Shown piece by piece: positions 1-12,971 of a DNA stretch of 64,000 nucleotides. Position 1 is the stretch's first letter. Each line of letters begins with the position of its first letter. The DNA comes from Neophaeotheca triangularis (taxonomy: Eukaryota): assembly GCA_054600435.1 (NCBI GenBank), contig BAAIJX010000014.1, forward strand, positions 186,001 through 250,000, in the 5' to 3' direction. The notes under the pieces are model-generated. The model ran no database searches. It saw only the letters and a list, made by a program, of their open reading frames with translations, and was not told the origin of the DNA. The translations under genes and the position numbers were made by a program.

Positions 1-2923
1 TTTGGTTGAATAATGGTCGAGATACACCCGAATTTCGATTCTTCATGCAATTTTGTACATCTGAAGGCAGTACCTATTTTTCAACGTCCACCCTAAATTC
101 TTAATCGTCCGACAACACTCTCCTAGCAATTCTCTTTCTTTTAGTCCATCCGGCATCGTTACATCTTTATCTTTGCATTTTCTACAGCCGTTCTAAGATC
201 TAGGGTCAAATTGAGTGCGATGTGGGGAAGATTCAGCACACAGTCAAGTCTAGCTGGCCCCTAAACGTGGGGAATATTCCAAGGATGATGCGGATGATAA
301 TTGCCGAGCTTGTTTAGGGGAGATGCTCCCATTGATCATCGAGTATTGATCGAGGGGGTGGTAATAATTCGTATTATTCAAAAATATATTTTTACTGGCG
401 ATAGTGAGGTCGAGGTTGAAGGCAATCGACGGCGTTGGATTGCTGGTTCGGTTGAGAGTTGGGGGTGTTGAACCAATATATTATTACGACTTCATATCGG
501 CACAAAGACAACTCGGTAGTGATTGGTGAAGGATGGAAAACTGTCGAGAAAGTGGAAGAAGTGGAAGTGATAGGGGCAAGTATTGCACGGCTAACTAATG
601 ATTTTATGGAGTACTTCTATGGAGTATGCTTGTCGTCTAGATCTGCCCATCGCTATCAACCTCGTCGTCGGCCCTCTAGCCAGCGGAATATCGAACTAAC
701 CTTCGAGATTGACATGCAACGAGGGCCTGCTACGGGAGCACTTTGACATGACTGACGGGAATGGATCATAAACGGGCCTCGTTCTTCTACCGCATCGACG
801 GAGCGATACATATCGGACAGTGATACGGGTTTGTACAAAGTAATTATATGTAGAAAGTGATTTACAGGGAGGTGAGGTCTGCCAGCACGCTGCGCGACTG
901 CCTCATCAACATCCTACTAACACAGGGCACCTCCCATGTGAAAATCGTCCATCCCTTAGCTTGCGGGAGCTCCCGGCCACCGATGAGTTGTGGACATCGA
1001 CATACTCCAGCACAAGGTACATTGCGGGATCCGGATGCAGGAAATTCGCATTCGACTGAGGCGACCATAGTAGCTGTCTTAGAATGAGGGGAATTAGAAC
1101 AAAAGAAGGTCAAAACATCAATATCTCCCGAGCGCAGACTTCAAACCCAGTCAAAATCCCAAGTTCGAGTACTCGGACATTATTCAGTTGCGACATCGAT
1201 TCTGTTGCAACAGAACCCTCTTTGACGAGGGATACTGCGACGTCGTTGAGGTCCTGAGGTCATTAGTACATGCTGAAACCAGTGGAAGCAAACATTCATT
1301 GGCCTTCGTGCTAGCCTTCGAAGATCCTCGTTTGCGATTTTCGATCCACAAGGGTACTCGACTTTCCAGCCATTGCTTATAGCGTCGAAAGGACAGCTAA
1401 TAGTAAGCTAGAAAGCGCCAGCACTACACCCGCAAGTTCAACTAAGGCTCGGTCGAGAATGTACTAAACCAGGCAATCTGCACGCTAGTTTTCCTTCACA
1501 ATTCGATCAAAAGACTCCTTATTGCAGTCCAGATTCGTTGTAAGAATCAACTCTCGTTCTAAGACAGCTTTTATCGAGCCTTTTATCGAGCTATATGCCC
1601 CAGCCATGCTAAGAGACTCTGTTCAACCCGCTACCCTTGTACTTTCTGCTCATTTATAGTCGAATCGGAAAAGTCTTCTACAAGAACGAGCCTCTTTCAC
1701 TCGCAATCATCATCTTTCTCAACTCATACTTATAAACAAATAGTACACCACTTAATCGAGTCGCTATGGAGCTATGAGGATCAAAGCCTCGCAATCGGAT
1801 CCCCCTCCTCAATCTCAAGCAATTACTCATGACCACCAGCCGAGATATGAAGGCAAACAAAGTCTTACCAGGACCTTTTGGACAGACCCACTTCGACGGC
1901 CATTCTAGATCGTCGTCGCCGGAATGATGGAGCAAAACTGTGTCATCGACTTTTGAGCTTCCTTCTAGCCACTACCTACATTGATGAGCTTGTAACGCTC
2001 GTCAGCAGAGCGAGATATCCTCAATTGCCAACTGCACGATTCCGAGAGAACTCCCGACGGCTGTCGGCTCGAGTTGAGAGCTCCCACCATGTACCCTCCT
2101 CTCAAGCCTGATCCCAAAAAACAGCTTAGACGACACGAGCCATTCGCTGCTCGTCGCAAGACCCACTCGATGTGTCCAAGTATCGCTGCCGGAATACCGT
2201 TCATCACACTCAGTCATAACGCCATTCGAACTCCGAAGTCAGAAGACTTGCATTTCGCAATCGTTTTAGCTACTAAGTACGTTATCGGGCCAACTCCCAG
2301 CACAACAGCCGGTAAAAGGGCGCGCTGTATACCAGTTCAAAGCCATGGTATCGAGATCCAGCCCTTGTGTCAAAAGCCTGCTTCGCGATTATTTTGGGGT
2401 TGGGCGTCGCAGTCTTTGCTTCTGCAAGACTTTCCCGGTCTAGGTGGCGGGTAGATGTTCAAGGGCCAAGGGAAAGGCAACAGCCTTGGAGACTTGAGGT
2501 AGGATTCGCTGCCGCGTGATGGCTGAGCCGGTAGCAGTGGGATGATGAATTCAGTGGAGATCGTGGAAGTGTCAGAATGGGCAGAGCGCTCGAGATTGTT
2601 GACATGTATTCCGACCTCACGTAATGAAGAACACGTTACAAGTCGCCGGACAGGGCCGCGGATTCGCTGCTTCCCGGCGCGCGGGAGTAAGCTGTACTGG
2701 ATCTCAGATGCTGTGGTTCATTGCCGTCGATCATTCAGACCCGTATTTCGTGAGCTCGTTATGTATAATATACCCCAGCGAGGTGCCGGAGTGTCAGACA
2801 CAGCTTCATCAGCCATCGCCGCTCGAAACGAGCCAGCGCGGCAATCTCGCTCCCCAAGCAATGGCACAAACTCTTTGACTCCCTCTCCTTCCTACCCATA
2901 TTACTCCTCAATCCACACGCCCT

Positions 2924-4063
2924 TCACGCCCCACTAGCTTCCCGATAAAAGGCCAACCCTCCACCACCTCCCCCAATCACAAACCCCTCGTTTCTCGCCT
3001 GTGCGCTCCTCCAAAGCCACTTGACGCCCCACAAACACCCTCCGCCCTCCCCTTCCGTCAACGTAGCCACACACCCCCTCCTCTCCACCGACCACACCTT
3101 CGCTTTCCCATCATACCCCCCACTAAGCAACCACTCGCCACTCCAGCTCCAATCTAAACTGACAACCCACGAAGCAAGACCGGTGAGATTCGCGACCTGC
3201 TCGCCGGTCTGAGTGTCGTAGATGGAGATGACGCGGCTATCGCCCGCGGCGGCGAGGTAGCGGGACGTCGGGGAGAATTTGACGACGCGGACGGGTTTGA
3301 GGAGGGAGGGAAGGGAGTGCGTGAGTCGGGAAGTGGTGTTGGAGAAGAGATGAACGGTGCCGTTGGCGTGGCCGGAAGCTGTGAGAGCGCCATCGGGAGA
3401 GAGGTCGATGGATAGCCCGAAAGAGCCCTTGGTGGTGAAAGAGGCGGTTTTGGGGGTTGGGGAGCCGTCGGTGGGCAGGTTTGTCGTGTTGTAGACGTCA
3501 ACGTCGCCCGTTTGCGTCGTCGCTGCGAGGTATTGTCCGTTGGTCGAAAGCGCCACGGCCCAGGTTTCGGGAGCTTTCTTGTCGGCTGCGAACAACATCA
3601 TCAGCATTCTATCTCCTATAACTCTGCCGCTCTTTCAAATAAAGTAGAACTCACCAACCACCCTTCCCGTCCCCTCCCACTCCCCCGCTTCCCCTTGCTC
3701 GTCAATCTCACACCCCCAAACTCTTACCTCCCCGCCAAACCCCACACTCACGGCCCTATTCCCCTCAGCACTGGCGACGAGATGATGCACCCCCAACGCA
3801 TGCGCTTTCTCCAACGTCTGCACTAATGGATAAGGCTCCTCAGCCTGCTCCGAGTCGTTGTGGATAGCGGTTCCCTTGCGTACGCTGTGGATTTTGATGC
3901 TCGAGCCTCCCGAAGCGCTGAGGAGGTGGTGGGGAGTTGTCGCGAGAGCAAAGATGTCGGTTGGGTGGGTTGAGGGGAGGGTGTGGGTTTGGAGGAATTG
4001 TTTGGACTGGGATGTTGTTAGTTCTGGATTGGGGGCTTGAGAAGGTTGGGGTCAATGTACCAT
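2924..4063 (-). CDS. SKI8: WD40 protein Ski8/Rec14 (SKI complex / meiotic recombination), 3 exons
   Basis: Exons are 4063-4061 (ATG only), 4006-3655 and 3585-2924, with GT..AG introns 4060-4007 and 3654-3586. The spliced protein reads MSKQFLQTH...HPTDIFALA...AHALGVHH...KGSFGLSIDLSPDG..TASGH...KPVRVVKFSP...LAAAGDSRVI...SLDWSWSGEWLLSGGYDGKAKVW, typical of fungal Rec14/Ski8. Confidence 0.85.
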
Positions 4064-4773
4064 GTTTGCGGCTGGAGAGGTGTTTTAGTAGGTGGGTTCA
4101 AAGTGGGAGCGCATGCGTTGGTTTGGGGTGAGACGCAAAGACTACAAGTACAATCCGTGGCACTGCCGCAATCGCACGGTTGTGACGGAGGGGAAAGACA
4201 AGGTGTAGGATTGAAGAGTAATGGCAAGACTGGAAGGTGAAGAGGGAAGTTCCTGATCATGGACAAGCTCAAAGTCCATCATCACCAGCGGGGCTTTCGA
4301 CGACAATCTCCCGCGTCACGACCCTCACGCGCAATCACATGCAAAGTGTGCTGTAGCTCCGCTACGTACATGAATATTACCATCTCCACAGTCGTAACCA
4401 GCATATTATTGATTACAGCCTCGAGCAGAAAATACCTATTGTCGAGAAACCCCCTGCGCTTTCCACTCCAACTTGCTCCCGTTGAGAAACCCCACCCCTA
4501 ATCACGCTAATAACAGCACAAAAGGAAAAGCATTTTGGTGGTATCAATGTCTGGTTCTCCCCTGCCACGCCAACTCACAGCACGAGTTGCCTCACAGCAG
4601 GTTCCACCAGAAAAGCTGCACTTTGGAGACACACTTTCAAGCCCAGGGAGGAGCCGTCTTGAGCAGCTCAGCAAAAGATAACCGCACCCTTGGCTTAACG
4701 TCCTCGTCCTCGAACCCACTGAAAGCATTAGCAATCGTTCTCCCTCATAGCCGCGGCATCCCACTCCTCATCT

Positions 4774-5925
4774 CTAATACCCATTCATTGTCATCCGCTG
4801 ACTCTGCCTACTAAGCTCCCTCTCAGCGGACGGCGAAATCGGCCTCGAGCCCTGCGCGGCACTGCTCTCCTTCAGCGCCAACAACTGCTTAGCGCGGAAA
4901 GACTCGTAGTGAATTTGCGAAGTCGTCTCGATCAGATCTTGCAAGTGCGTGCGCGTGAGGAAGTCGCGCAGGTACACGAATTCGCAGTGTTTCTCGTCTT
5001 CGACGTTAATGACGCCCCAGCGGTTTTGGCGACCGCGGACGGAGCGCCCGTTGACGTTGATGGATTGTTCGCTGCCGACGACGGCGAAGGGGATGATGGA
5101 CTGGAGGTACAGTTAGCGAAGGATTAGATGGTTGCCTGTCGTTGGATATTACCTTGATTTGCGAGTTCATGGCTGCCTCTTCGCTGTCGTACTCCTCGTT
5201 CTCGTACGGGTACATGCGGATGTTGTGGAAAGCAAACTCCTCCTTGATGCGATCCTTGAACGCTTGCCTCTCTTCCAAAGTCAAGCTATCGGCTTTGGCA
5301 ATCACTGGCACCACATTGACAGTCTCGCTCAGCTTCTTCAATACGACGATGTCAATGGGCTTGAGAGCGTGACCGGTGGGGCCGATGAAGTAGAGACAGC
5401 AGTGGATACGAGTGTCCTGGATGTAGCGCTCGCGTTGAGCCGTGAGCTCCTTGCGAAGGTAGGCGCTGTGTTGGTCTTTGATGTATTTGACAATCGGGTC
5501 CCAACAGCGGTCATTGTTTACGAGATCGCCGTAGCCGGGAGTGTCGACGATGTTGAGACGGAGGCGCACGCCATTTTCCTCAATAATGTGGGTGACGGGG
5601 TGAATCTCGGTGGTTTGGCGGCTGTTTTCGTTTGGGGAGAGGCGGCCTTTGGAGTCGACGAGGTGGGAAGCGAAGATGGTGTTGATGAGGGTAGACTTGC
5701 CGAGACCGGTCTGGCCTGTAGGAGGGGAAAGGTGTTAGTTCAACCACGGTAGACGAACCAAGCGGCTCATTCTCAGCGCATATAGCTTGACGTACCGACG
5801 CAAATGACGTTGAATTGGAAACCACGTTTCAAGAGCTTCTTCTCAATCTGGTTGGTGATGCTGTCGAAGCCAACGTGGCTCTTGGGGAAGACATTCTGGG
5901 CCTGACCCTGCATGGAAGCTGCCAT
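4774..5925 (-). CDS. CDC10: Septin Cdc10/AspD, 3 exons
   Basis: Reads MAASMQGQAQNVFPKSHVGFDSITNQIEKKLLKRGFQFNVICVGQTGLGKS (P-loop), with DTPGYGD and AKAD motifs and no C-terminal coiled coil. Introns are 5795-5716 and 5152-5101. Confidence 0.93.
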
Positions 5926-6257
5926 TGCGCGTGTATTGGTCGGTGGTATGGGTGTTTGGTCGAGATCACTCGGCGCGCGCGACTGAAGTGGATTGTCGTA
6001 GTGGTATGAAACGAGCGTATGTGTGGGCGAGGATGTATTATGTGGAGAGAGAGGGAGTCGACTCGCAGCCGGTCGTCGGTCTGGAGTAGCAGCAGTTGCA
6101 AGGGTCTCGCCGACGGGAAAGGGGGGGCTACGAATGCAGCTTTGAGTTTAGCGTCCGCTAGATCTTGGCAACATCAAGACGCCGACGGACTTTCGAGATT
6201 GACATCCATATCAAAACAGCGATACAGCACCACCTACAGACATCACCTTCTCCAACC

Positions 6258-6799
6258 ATGGCCGCCCTACGCGCCCCCAGCGCTGGCTTCCTCTCCGCCT
6301 TCCTCCCCATCGCCCGCGCCTCGCTCCAGCCCGAACCGCTCGCAAAACGCCTCCCGCTCCTCTCGCACCTCCGAACAAGCATCCTCCCAGGCGTGCTCCT
6401 CCCTATACCCTCCCTCCTCAATGAACTATGGGAAGGTGTGCTCCGCGCGGTACCGAAAAAGAAGACCTCGCATATGAAGAAGCGACACAGGCAAATGGCC
6501 GGCAAGGGACTGAAAGATGTGACGGCGTTGAATAAGTGCAGTGCTTGTGGACGGCCGAAGAGGGCGCATGTGCTTTGTCCGTATTGTGTGCAGAGTATGT
6601 GTATCAAATTGTTCGTGGAGTGGTGGACATGTCCTAATAACCAATTTGCGCAGGCATCAAACAATGGCTCGGCAATGGTTTCAAGTCCAAGTCGGAAGTG
6701 CAGGCTGAGGAGGATGCATTGTTCGAGAAGTACAACGAGGAGCTGAGGATACGGGGAAGCAAGCCTTTGGAAAAGCCCAGTAAAGAGGATAAGTCGTGA
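6258..6799 (+). CDS. MRPL32: Mitochondrial ribosomal protein bL32m, 2 exons
   Basis: Presequence-like N-terminus, then [15 protein letters not shown] and CSAC...HVLCPYC zinc ligands. Intron 6595-6653 (GTATGT..CTAAT..CAG) restores the frame to TGA at 6797-6799. Confidence 0.92.
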
Positions 6800-7836
6800 A
6801 GATACGCCGTTGGAGGAAATCGCCGGTTGGGTTCACTGCACAGCGAAGGCGTTAATTCGGGTTTCGGACTATCAGATGGGATGATTCGTATGTATTGCTG
6901 GCTCTGTACAACATGCAAAATGTGTGCCGTATTTGTACGGTCGGAAGAGTTGAGTCGACAGGGACGAGCTGCATCAGCAACAGGAAGGCAACCCCACTTT
7001 ACGATGCCTGTGACTATAATGATACAGTAGGAGGCCTCTGGCATTCAAGCCCCTTGAGCAGTAAGGAAGAAGACCTGATAAAAGTGCTCTTCGATCACGA
7101 ACTTCCATAGTAGGTGAACGGAGAATTTCTAAAATTGACAAGACACGATATACACAGACAAACGAAAAGCCGTGAATATCGAGATTTTTAAGCCATTCGC
7201 ATTTAACGAGAAAGCCATGTCTTAGATGAGAACATGCCGCAGTCTTTACCCTGGAAGGGAGAAAAAAAGTTCCTTGGTGAGAGGCTTGGAATACCTAGGT
7301 AAGTTCGTTTCGTAGAGCAGGGCTGCGGTCTAGAAGTCCGTAACTCAATGCCAACGCGGCCGGAGATTGAACAGTATGTTTCTGCCGTTACGACTCCCTT
7401 GCAATCGGTACAATGTACGTGACCCGCGATATCTTCTTAAACGTCAACTAGAGAATTCTGTCTAGATACCAAACCCCATGGATTCCTATCCACTCTGCTT
7501 CAAGACGATATTAACTCTTCTTCCCCTTTCTTCACTAACTAGCAGCAACACATTCAAACAGCTTGTATAAGATGGTAACCAAAAGTGAAGTAAAATGAAG
7601 AAAATCAAAGTCCCCTAACCTACCAACCTCCCTTCCCTCCCCACCCCTTCGAGCCCTCACTCGAGCAACATACCACGAAACAAAATCAACCCCGGCACCC
7701 GAACAATTCTCGTCACAACATCCGACACCTCGGCATCACGCACAGGCAGTGGTCATCTGTCCAGGAGCCCAGAGGGCCCGAGCGTCCAAACCCAAGTCCC
7801 CACAATCTCCAGTGTAGAGAAGGCAGACGGTCGAAC

Positions 7837-7866
7837 AGACAAGACAAGACAAGACAAGACAAGACA
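7837..7866. repeat. (AGACA)6 microsatellite
   Basis: Read directly: agacaagacaagacaagacaagacaagaca. Confidence 0.9.
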
Positions 7867-8726
7867 GGCGGGCTACGACGTGCACAACCAACCGAGCCTG
7901 ATCACGGGACCTTGCGAGCAGAAGCGCATTGGGCAGTTGGGAAGGGCGCTAGGGCGTACCGAGAGAGCCGGGGAGGTACTCCCCTGCCGAGCCTGTGGAA
8001 CGATGGTAGAACGATTCGAGAAGAGGAAGGAGAAGCTTGGCTTGGCTTGCGTGTGTCTAGAATGTAGGTATGCGTGGGAGGATATGGGGTCATCAGGACG
8101 ACGGGGAGGCTTTCCGAGATAGCTGTCCGCTTTGCCTAGGTTTTGGAACGATGGCGGAAGGATGGGAGAAGAAGCTTAAATGGGTCACGAGGAGGGCGGG
8201 AGGCGGGCGGGAGAAGGGTGGTGGAAGAAGATGATAGGTATGGAAGCTTGGGTGCCTAGCTGCCGTGGACATGGGCGTGGGTATGGGTGTTGGGTCACGG
8301 GGCGGACATGTACAGACACGGCATAGATACTACTGTAGGTACATGGGTATGGTAGTGGGGATTGTGTGAGAGGGATATCTGATCTACTACTGCTGGCAGG
8401 TACAAGGCAGCGGTAGCCGGCAAGGTAGGCAATAAATGGTCACCTGAACGGCCACAAAGTCAATGGCTCTCGTGGGACTCGTTCGTCTCGGGCTGAGTTC
8501 CGGGTCGCTGTCGGCCTGTCGTTTTTTAAGGCTGAGGAGCGCGGCGCTCGGTGTGAGTCAGTGAGGTCTCTGGCCCTGCTCACATGCAAGGGACGCGGCG
8601 TGGCTTAGCATTTCTGTCGTTCCTAGGAGATGCATGAAATACGTGAGAGATGTGAGAAATGTGAGGTGGTTGTCGTCCGGATAGCCTCGAGAGCTCCACC
8701 TTTCGAGGTGGAGTGGGGGCCGCATT

Positions 8727-9886
8727 GGGGCTGTGTTGTGTATGAGGTCAGCTGCACAGCCGCAACGTCAACTTTCTATCGGGGCTGATGAGGGTTGTGG
8801 GGATTGATGCTTGCCCTGTTGTACTTTAACTTACCTTACGCCTAGGTAGTAGGTAGGTACCTTGGAAGTATGTAGGTTGACGTTTGCAAGATGCAGGGGA
8901 GTGTGGCTGTCGCCTGGGTTAAGGTTAGGTCTAGAGATGAGAGGAAGAGTGTGGTTCGGGATTATTGTTGATGCCATTGCTACAGTATCTAAGGTATCTT
9001 CCCATCCAATGTCCTGAGGAAATTGCCATGACGGTAGTGCTCCCCGGTCTAAATGGACGGGAGATAGATAGACCACCTCTATCATTCCAAATGCAACAAT
9101 CGAAGCGAGACAACAATGGCAATGGCATGAATACGGTATGTCGAGTAATAAACGACCGTCTCGCTTACAGTAGGTATGAGAAAACCACAGCCCCCAGACG
9201 AGATGTTGATGTGAAAGCCACACGTAGCACGTGCGCTAGTGCAATATACTGTACAGTACTAAGGTGAGGTCGTCTAAGGTACCTTACCTCACTCGACTAA
9301 GGTACTCTCATCCGAATCCTTCCAAAGATTCAAGGTTGTTTTGACAATCCACTCTCCCGTCGATTATCGTGACACGGCTACATCGGCGACTCTCTTGGGT
9401 CATTGACTTCTCACGAGGACAAGTCTCGCCGGAAGCACTGTGCCGGTCATTCTTGGGACTCATTCGACTCATTCAATGATCGTTGGACAGGATAGTACAT
9501 AAGGTAGCTGTAATAAGCCTCAGGTTCCATGTATGCTTCTATAACAATAACAATATATTGCAGTTGGAAGCTATCGTCTATCCCAAGTCACTATCCTCCC
9601 CGCTCTGTCAGACTGAATCAGGAACCAACAACGTCTGTCTGTCTGTTTCAGCCTAAGCGCCCTCTCGAGTCCTCAAAGGTTATTTTATTATAATAATAAC
9701 CAACATCACATCACCGAACACCTTGGATCAAAAGGCCACCTCAAGCTTCTGCCTGGACTGAAACACTGCGACCAATCAAACGACGACTCAGCCTCACCGG
9801 TATCATATTACTAGGTATTTTAGTACCTACCTAAGGTACACCTACAGTACTAGTATACTAGTATTATTGTTGGCAGCTTCAGCCCC
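8727..9886. promoter_or_regulatory. Cluster of CDRE-like GNGGCTG sites upstream of crzA
   Basis: GNGGCTG or its reverse complement occurs at 8727, 8757, 8781, 8903 (GTGGCTG), 9188, 9789 (CAGCCTC) and 9880. Confidence 0.4.
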
Positions 9887-10075
9887 GCCCTGCGCCGTCT
9901 CTGCCTCCCGTCTCTCCAGATATATATCCTGGTCCGTGCGTCGAGATCCTCCCGCGTTGCGCTGTAACAACGAACAACGCGACGGGCATCCTCAAGATAG
10001 CAACACTCCCTCCACCACCACCACCTCCTCCTCCACCCAATTTTGTCGCATACCATTTATCCAGCTATTCAAGGC

Positions 10076-12559
10076 ATGAATGGTCACCCACGGAGCCGTT
10101 CGCGCTCGGCAGGGCAGGCCAGCCATATAACCAGCTCCGCCTCGTCCTCGCCGCACCCGATGCTTGACCTCAACACCTCCAACTACAACCAGTTCGCCGA
10201 TAGCAATAACAACAACAAGCAACAGCACTTCAACAACACCGCCGCCGGCAACTCCTTCGATCCTACCTTCACTACCGACTTCTCCTCACAGGCGTCGTAT
10301 CCCTTGGACCCTTCCTTTGACGCCTTCCAAGGACAGCAGCTCGGCCAGCAGCAACATTTGTCGCAAGGAACCGACATCCCGAACCAGTCCTTCTACCAAC
10401 CGCAAGGCGTGTCGCCGCATTTCAGCAATATCGGCTTCGACTTCAACCACGGCAGCAACAACGTCTCGCCGCATGCGCTGAGCCAAAACACCTCGCCCAC
10501 CGACTCAGCCGCAGTAGAGGGCTTTCCTTCCTTTGACACTACGCAAGGCTTCGATCAGAACGGTTCACTCGACCCTACCCTGCTCGGTCTAGACCCCAAC
10601 TCGCTCGATCTGCAAAACTTCCATTCAAACGCGTCGCTAAACCCAATGGCAACCACTATGCAGCATCAGTCTATCACCCCTCCCCACCTCCTCCCAGATA
10701 TGGCACGTCGCCAGTCAAACAGCCCCAGCCCGAACGTCTCCCCCAACTTTGCGCAGAATGGCTTTCAACCATCCATGAACAACCGACCGCGCAACATCTC
10801 CGATTCTCTTGATCCGTCAAGCGCATGGAACACTCAAGGACAAAATAATGATTGGCTGGGTATGGGTGGATACAGACAGAATAGGACACCTTCAGACCAG
10901 TATTCTGAGGCCTCTCACTCCAACCAGGCGTCGCCATATATGCCGACATACGACAGCTTCGATCACTCCTCTCCCCTCATGAACCCGCAAGAGGATCCCA
11001 TCTTCGCAGATGCGCTTGGAATGGGCAACTTCAGTCTGAACGACCAGCAACAGACGATGCAGCAGCAGCAACAACAACAGCCGCAGCAAACCTTTCACAG
11101 CCCTGGGAACAGCCCGGGACACTCTCCTGGACTCATGCCACAATCCCAGCACATCTTACCACCGTTTACGGCAGAGAACAATTATGGTCTCCAATCTACG
11201 ATGAGTAGTCAATACCAGCAACCCCAGTATTCGCAACCCAACCCGCTTGAGTTGTTCCCTGGCTACGAATCCGAGGCTGTCTTCCCACCCATGAGCCAAG
11301 GAACAAGTCCAGGTGCAGTAGGAGAAGCGAACGCAATGAGCCCGCCCGAAATCAATATCGACTTTGCACCGGAGACGAAAGCCCACGCTGGTAATACGAA
11401 AGCATCCAACGACATTCCCGAAGACACATTGAGCCCACCGGCTAGATCACCCAGCCGCAACAGAATGCGTTCCAAATCAGACACCGCCGCCGCCTCACGA
11501 CCTCGCTCACCCTCCATCGGCCGAGGCCGAGCGCCATCTCTTCAGACCCACAACTCTGCCACTCTCTCTCCGTTCGACGCCAACGCGGCCAGCTCCCGCT
11601 CCTCCTCTCCAGCCAGCGGCGCCCGTGGCCGCAAAGTCTCCCTCTCAAGCCGCAGCGCCCGCAGCACAAGCAACGCCTCGGACCGTGACAAGATCCTTGG
11701 CCTCGCCGATCCGGAACGTACCCCCTCAACCACGGGTGACGGCGGCAGCCGCCATCGCTCCGCCACTCAAAAGCACCCCGCGACTTTCCAATGCACCCTC
11801 TGCCCCAAACGCTTCACCCGCGCCTACAATCTCCGCTCCCACTTGCGCACCCATACAGACGAGCGCCCCTTCGTCTGCACCGTCTGTGGCAAAGCCTTTG
11901 CGCGCCAACACGACCGCAAACGCCATGAAGGCCTGCACTCTGGCGAGAAGAGATTCGTCTGCCGCGGGACCTTAAAATCCGGCCCGCAATGGGGCTGCGG
12001 CCGGCGTTTTGCACGCGCAGACGCTCTAGGGCGGCACTTCCGCTCCGAAGCTGGCCGCGTGTGCATCAAACCCCTACTCGACGAGGAAGCCGCCGAGCGC
12101 CACGGGCAATGGGTCGAAGAGCAGCAGCAACAACAGCATAATTTGCAGCAACCCCAAGCCCAACAACCTCTCGACATGATGTCCTCGGCCTTCCTCCCGG
12201 CAGCCCTACTCCAGCAATACCCCGATCTCGCCGGCATCGACTGGAACAACCTGCCCCCCGCTTCTTCCTCGGCCACCGGCAGTGGCGCCCAGGACGACGA
12301 TTACGACTACCTCTCCGGCGGCAACGGCAACGGGGGGCGCTCGAGTTTCGACGCCGGCACTAGCAGTCCAGGGGAATATTACGATGAGGTTAGTGAAAAT
12401 GAAATGGGTGGAAATGGCGGGTATGGCAGCCAGCAGCCACCCGGGATGGGTATTGGAACGAATCAGATGGGGAATATGGCTGGGATGCCGGGGTTTCCTC
12501 CCGCGAGGGGAAGGCGGCAGCAGGCGGGGGATTTTATGGAAGGGTTTGAGGGGAGATGA
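10076..12559 (+). CDS. crzA: Calcineurin-responsive C2H2 zinc-finger transcription factor CrzA/Crz1
   Basis: [57 protein letters not shown]...[25 protein letters not shown], a PxIxIT-like PEINID, and Ser/Gln-rich regions. The first ATG is at 10076; the ORF track starts at an upstream TTG. Confidence 0.93.
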   Translation: MNGHPRSRSRSAGQASHITSSASSSPHPMLDLNTSNYNQFADSNNNNKQQHFNNTAAGNSFDPTFTTDFSSQASYPLDPSFDAFQGQQLGQQQHLSQGTDIPNQSFYQPQGVSPHFSNIGFDFNHGSNNVSPHALSQNTSPTDSAAVEGFPSFDTTQGFDQNGSLDPTLLGLDPNSLDLQNFHSNASLNPMATTMQHQSITPPHLLPDMARRQSNSPSPNVSPNFAQNGFQPSMNNRPRNISDSLDPSSAWNTQGQNNDWLGMGGYRQNRTPSDQYSEASHSNQASPYMPTYDSFDHSSPLMNPQEDPIFADALGMGNFSLNDQQQTMQQQQQQQPQQTFHSPGNSPGHSPGLMPQSQHILPPFTAENNYGLQSTMSSQYQQPQYSQPNPLELFPGYESEAVFPPMSQGTSPGAVGEANAMSPPEINIDFAPETKAHAGNTKASNDIPEDTLSPPARSPSRNRMRSKSDTAAASRPRSPSIGRGRAPSLQTHNSATLSPFDANAASSRSSSPASGARGRKVSLSSRSARSTSNASDRDKILGLADPERTPSTTGDGGSRHRSATQKHPATFQCTLCPKRFTRAYNLRSHLRTHTDERPFVCTVCGKAFARQHDRKRHEGLHSGEKRFVCRGTLKSGPQWGCGRRFARADALGRHFRSEAGRVCIKPLLDEEAAERHGQWVEEQQQQQHNLQQPQAQQPLDMMSSAFLPAALLQQYPDLAGIDWNNLPPASSSATGSGAQDDDYDYLSGGNGNGGRSSFDAGTSSPGEYYDEVSENEMGGNGGYGSQQPPGMGIGTNQMGNMAGMPGFPPARGRRQQAGDFMEGFEGR

Positions 12560-12940
12560 GCCTAGGGAGAGCGAGAGCAAAACGTGGGTTTTCACGACTT
12601 TGACGACTGAGCATGAGCATGAGCAAACACATGGGCTGGACAGTTTTCTCTATTTCTTTTCTGAATGATGAGGTCATTTTTCTTTTCTAACGACATGGAT
12701 ACGGGTGGAATTTTCCTTTTCATGTTTGGGATAAATAGAGGCCATGGCGCTTTGCGGGTTCATTGATGATGATGCACGACGATGATGGCTCAGGAAGGGG
12801 GGTCCGGGGGCGAAGATTTGGCGCGAAGCTCGTTGATTGAGATGATACCACTTTCCGTACTTTTTCTTCTGGAGAATTTTACTTTACTTTTCCGACTCTT
12901 TTTGTTCCACCTCTCGATTGCAAGGGTTCGTTCTTTTGTT

Positions 12941-12971
12941 GCTTGCTTGCTTGCTCGCTCGCTCGCTCGCT
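12941..12971. repeat. Compound (GCTT)n(GCTC)n microsatellite
   Basis: Read directly: gcttgcttgcttgctcgctcgctcgctcgct. Confidence 0.85.

Noticed and set aside
6800..9800. Short ORFs between MRPL32 and crzA
   Set aside because: No motifs or consistent splice structure; treated as regulatory DNA, although an ncRNA cannot be excluded.
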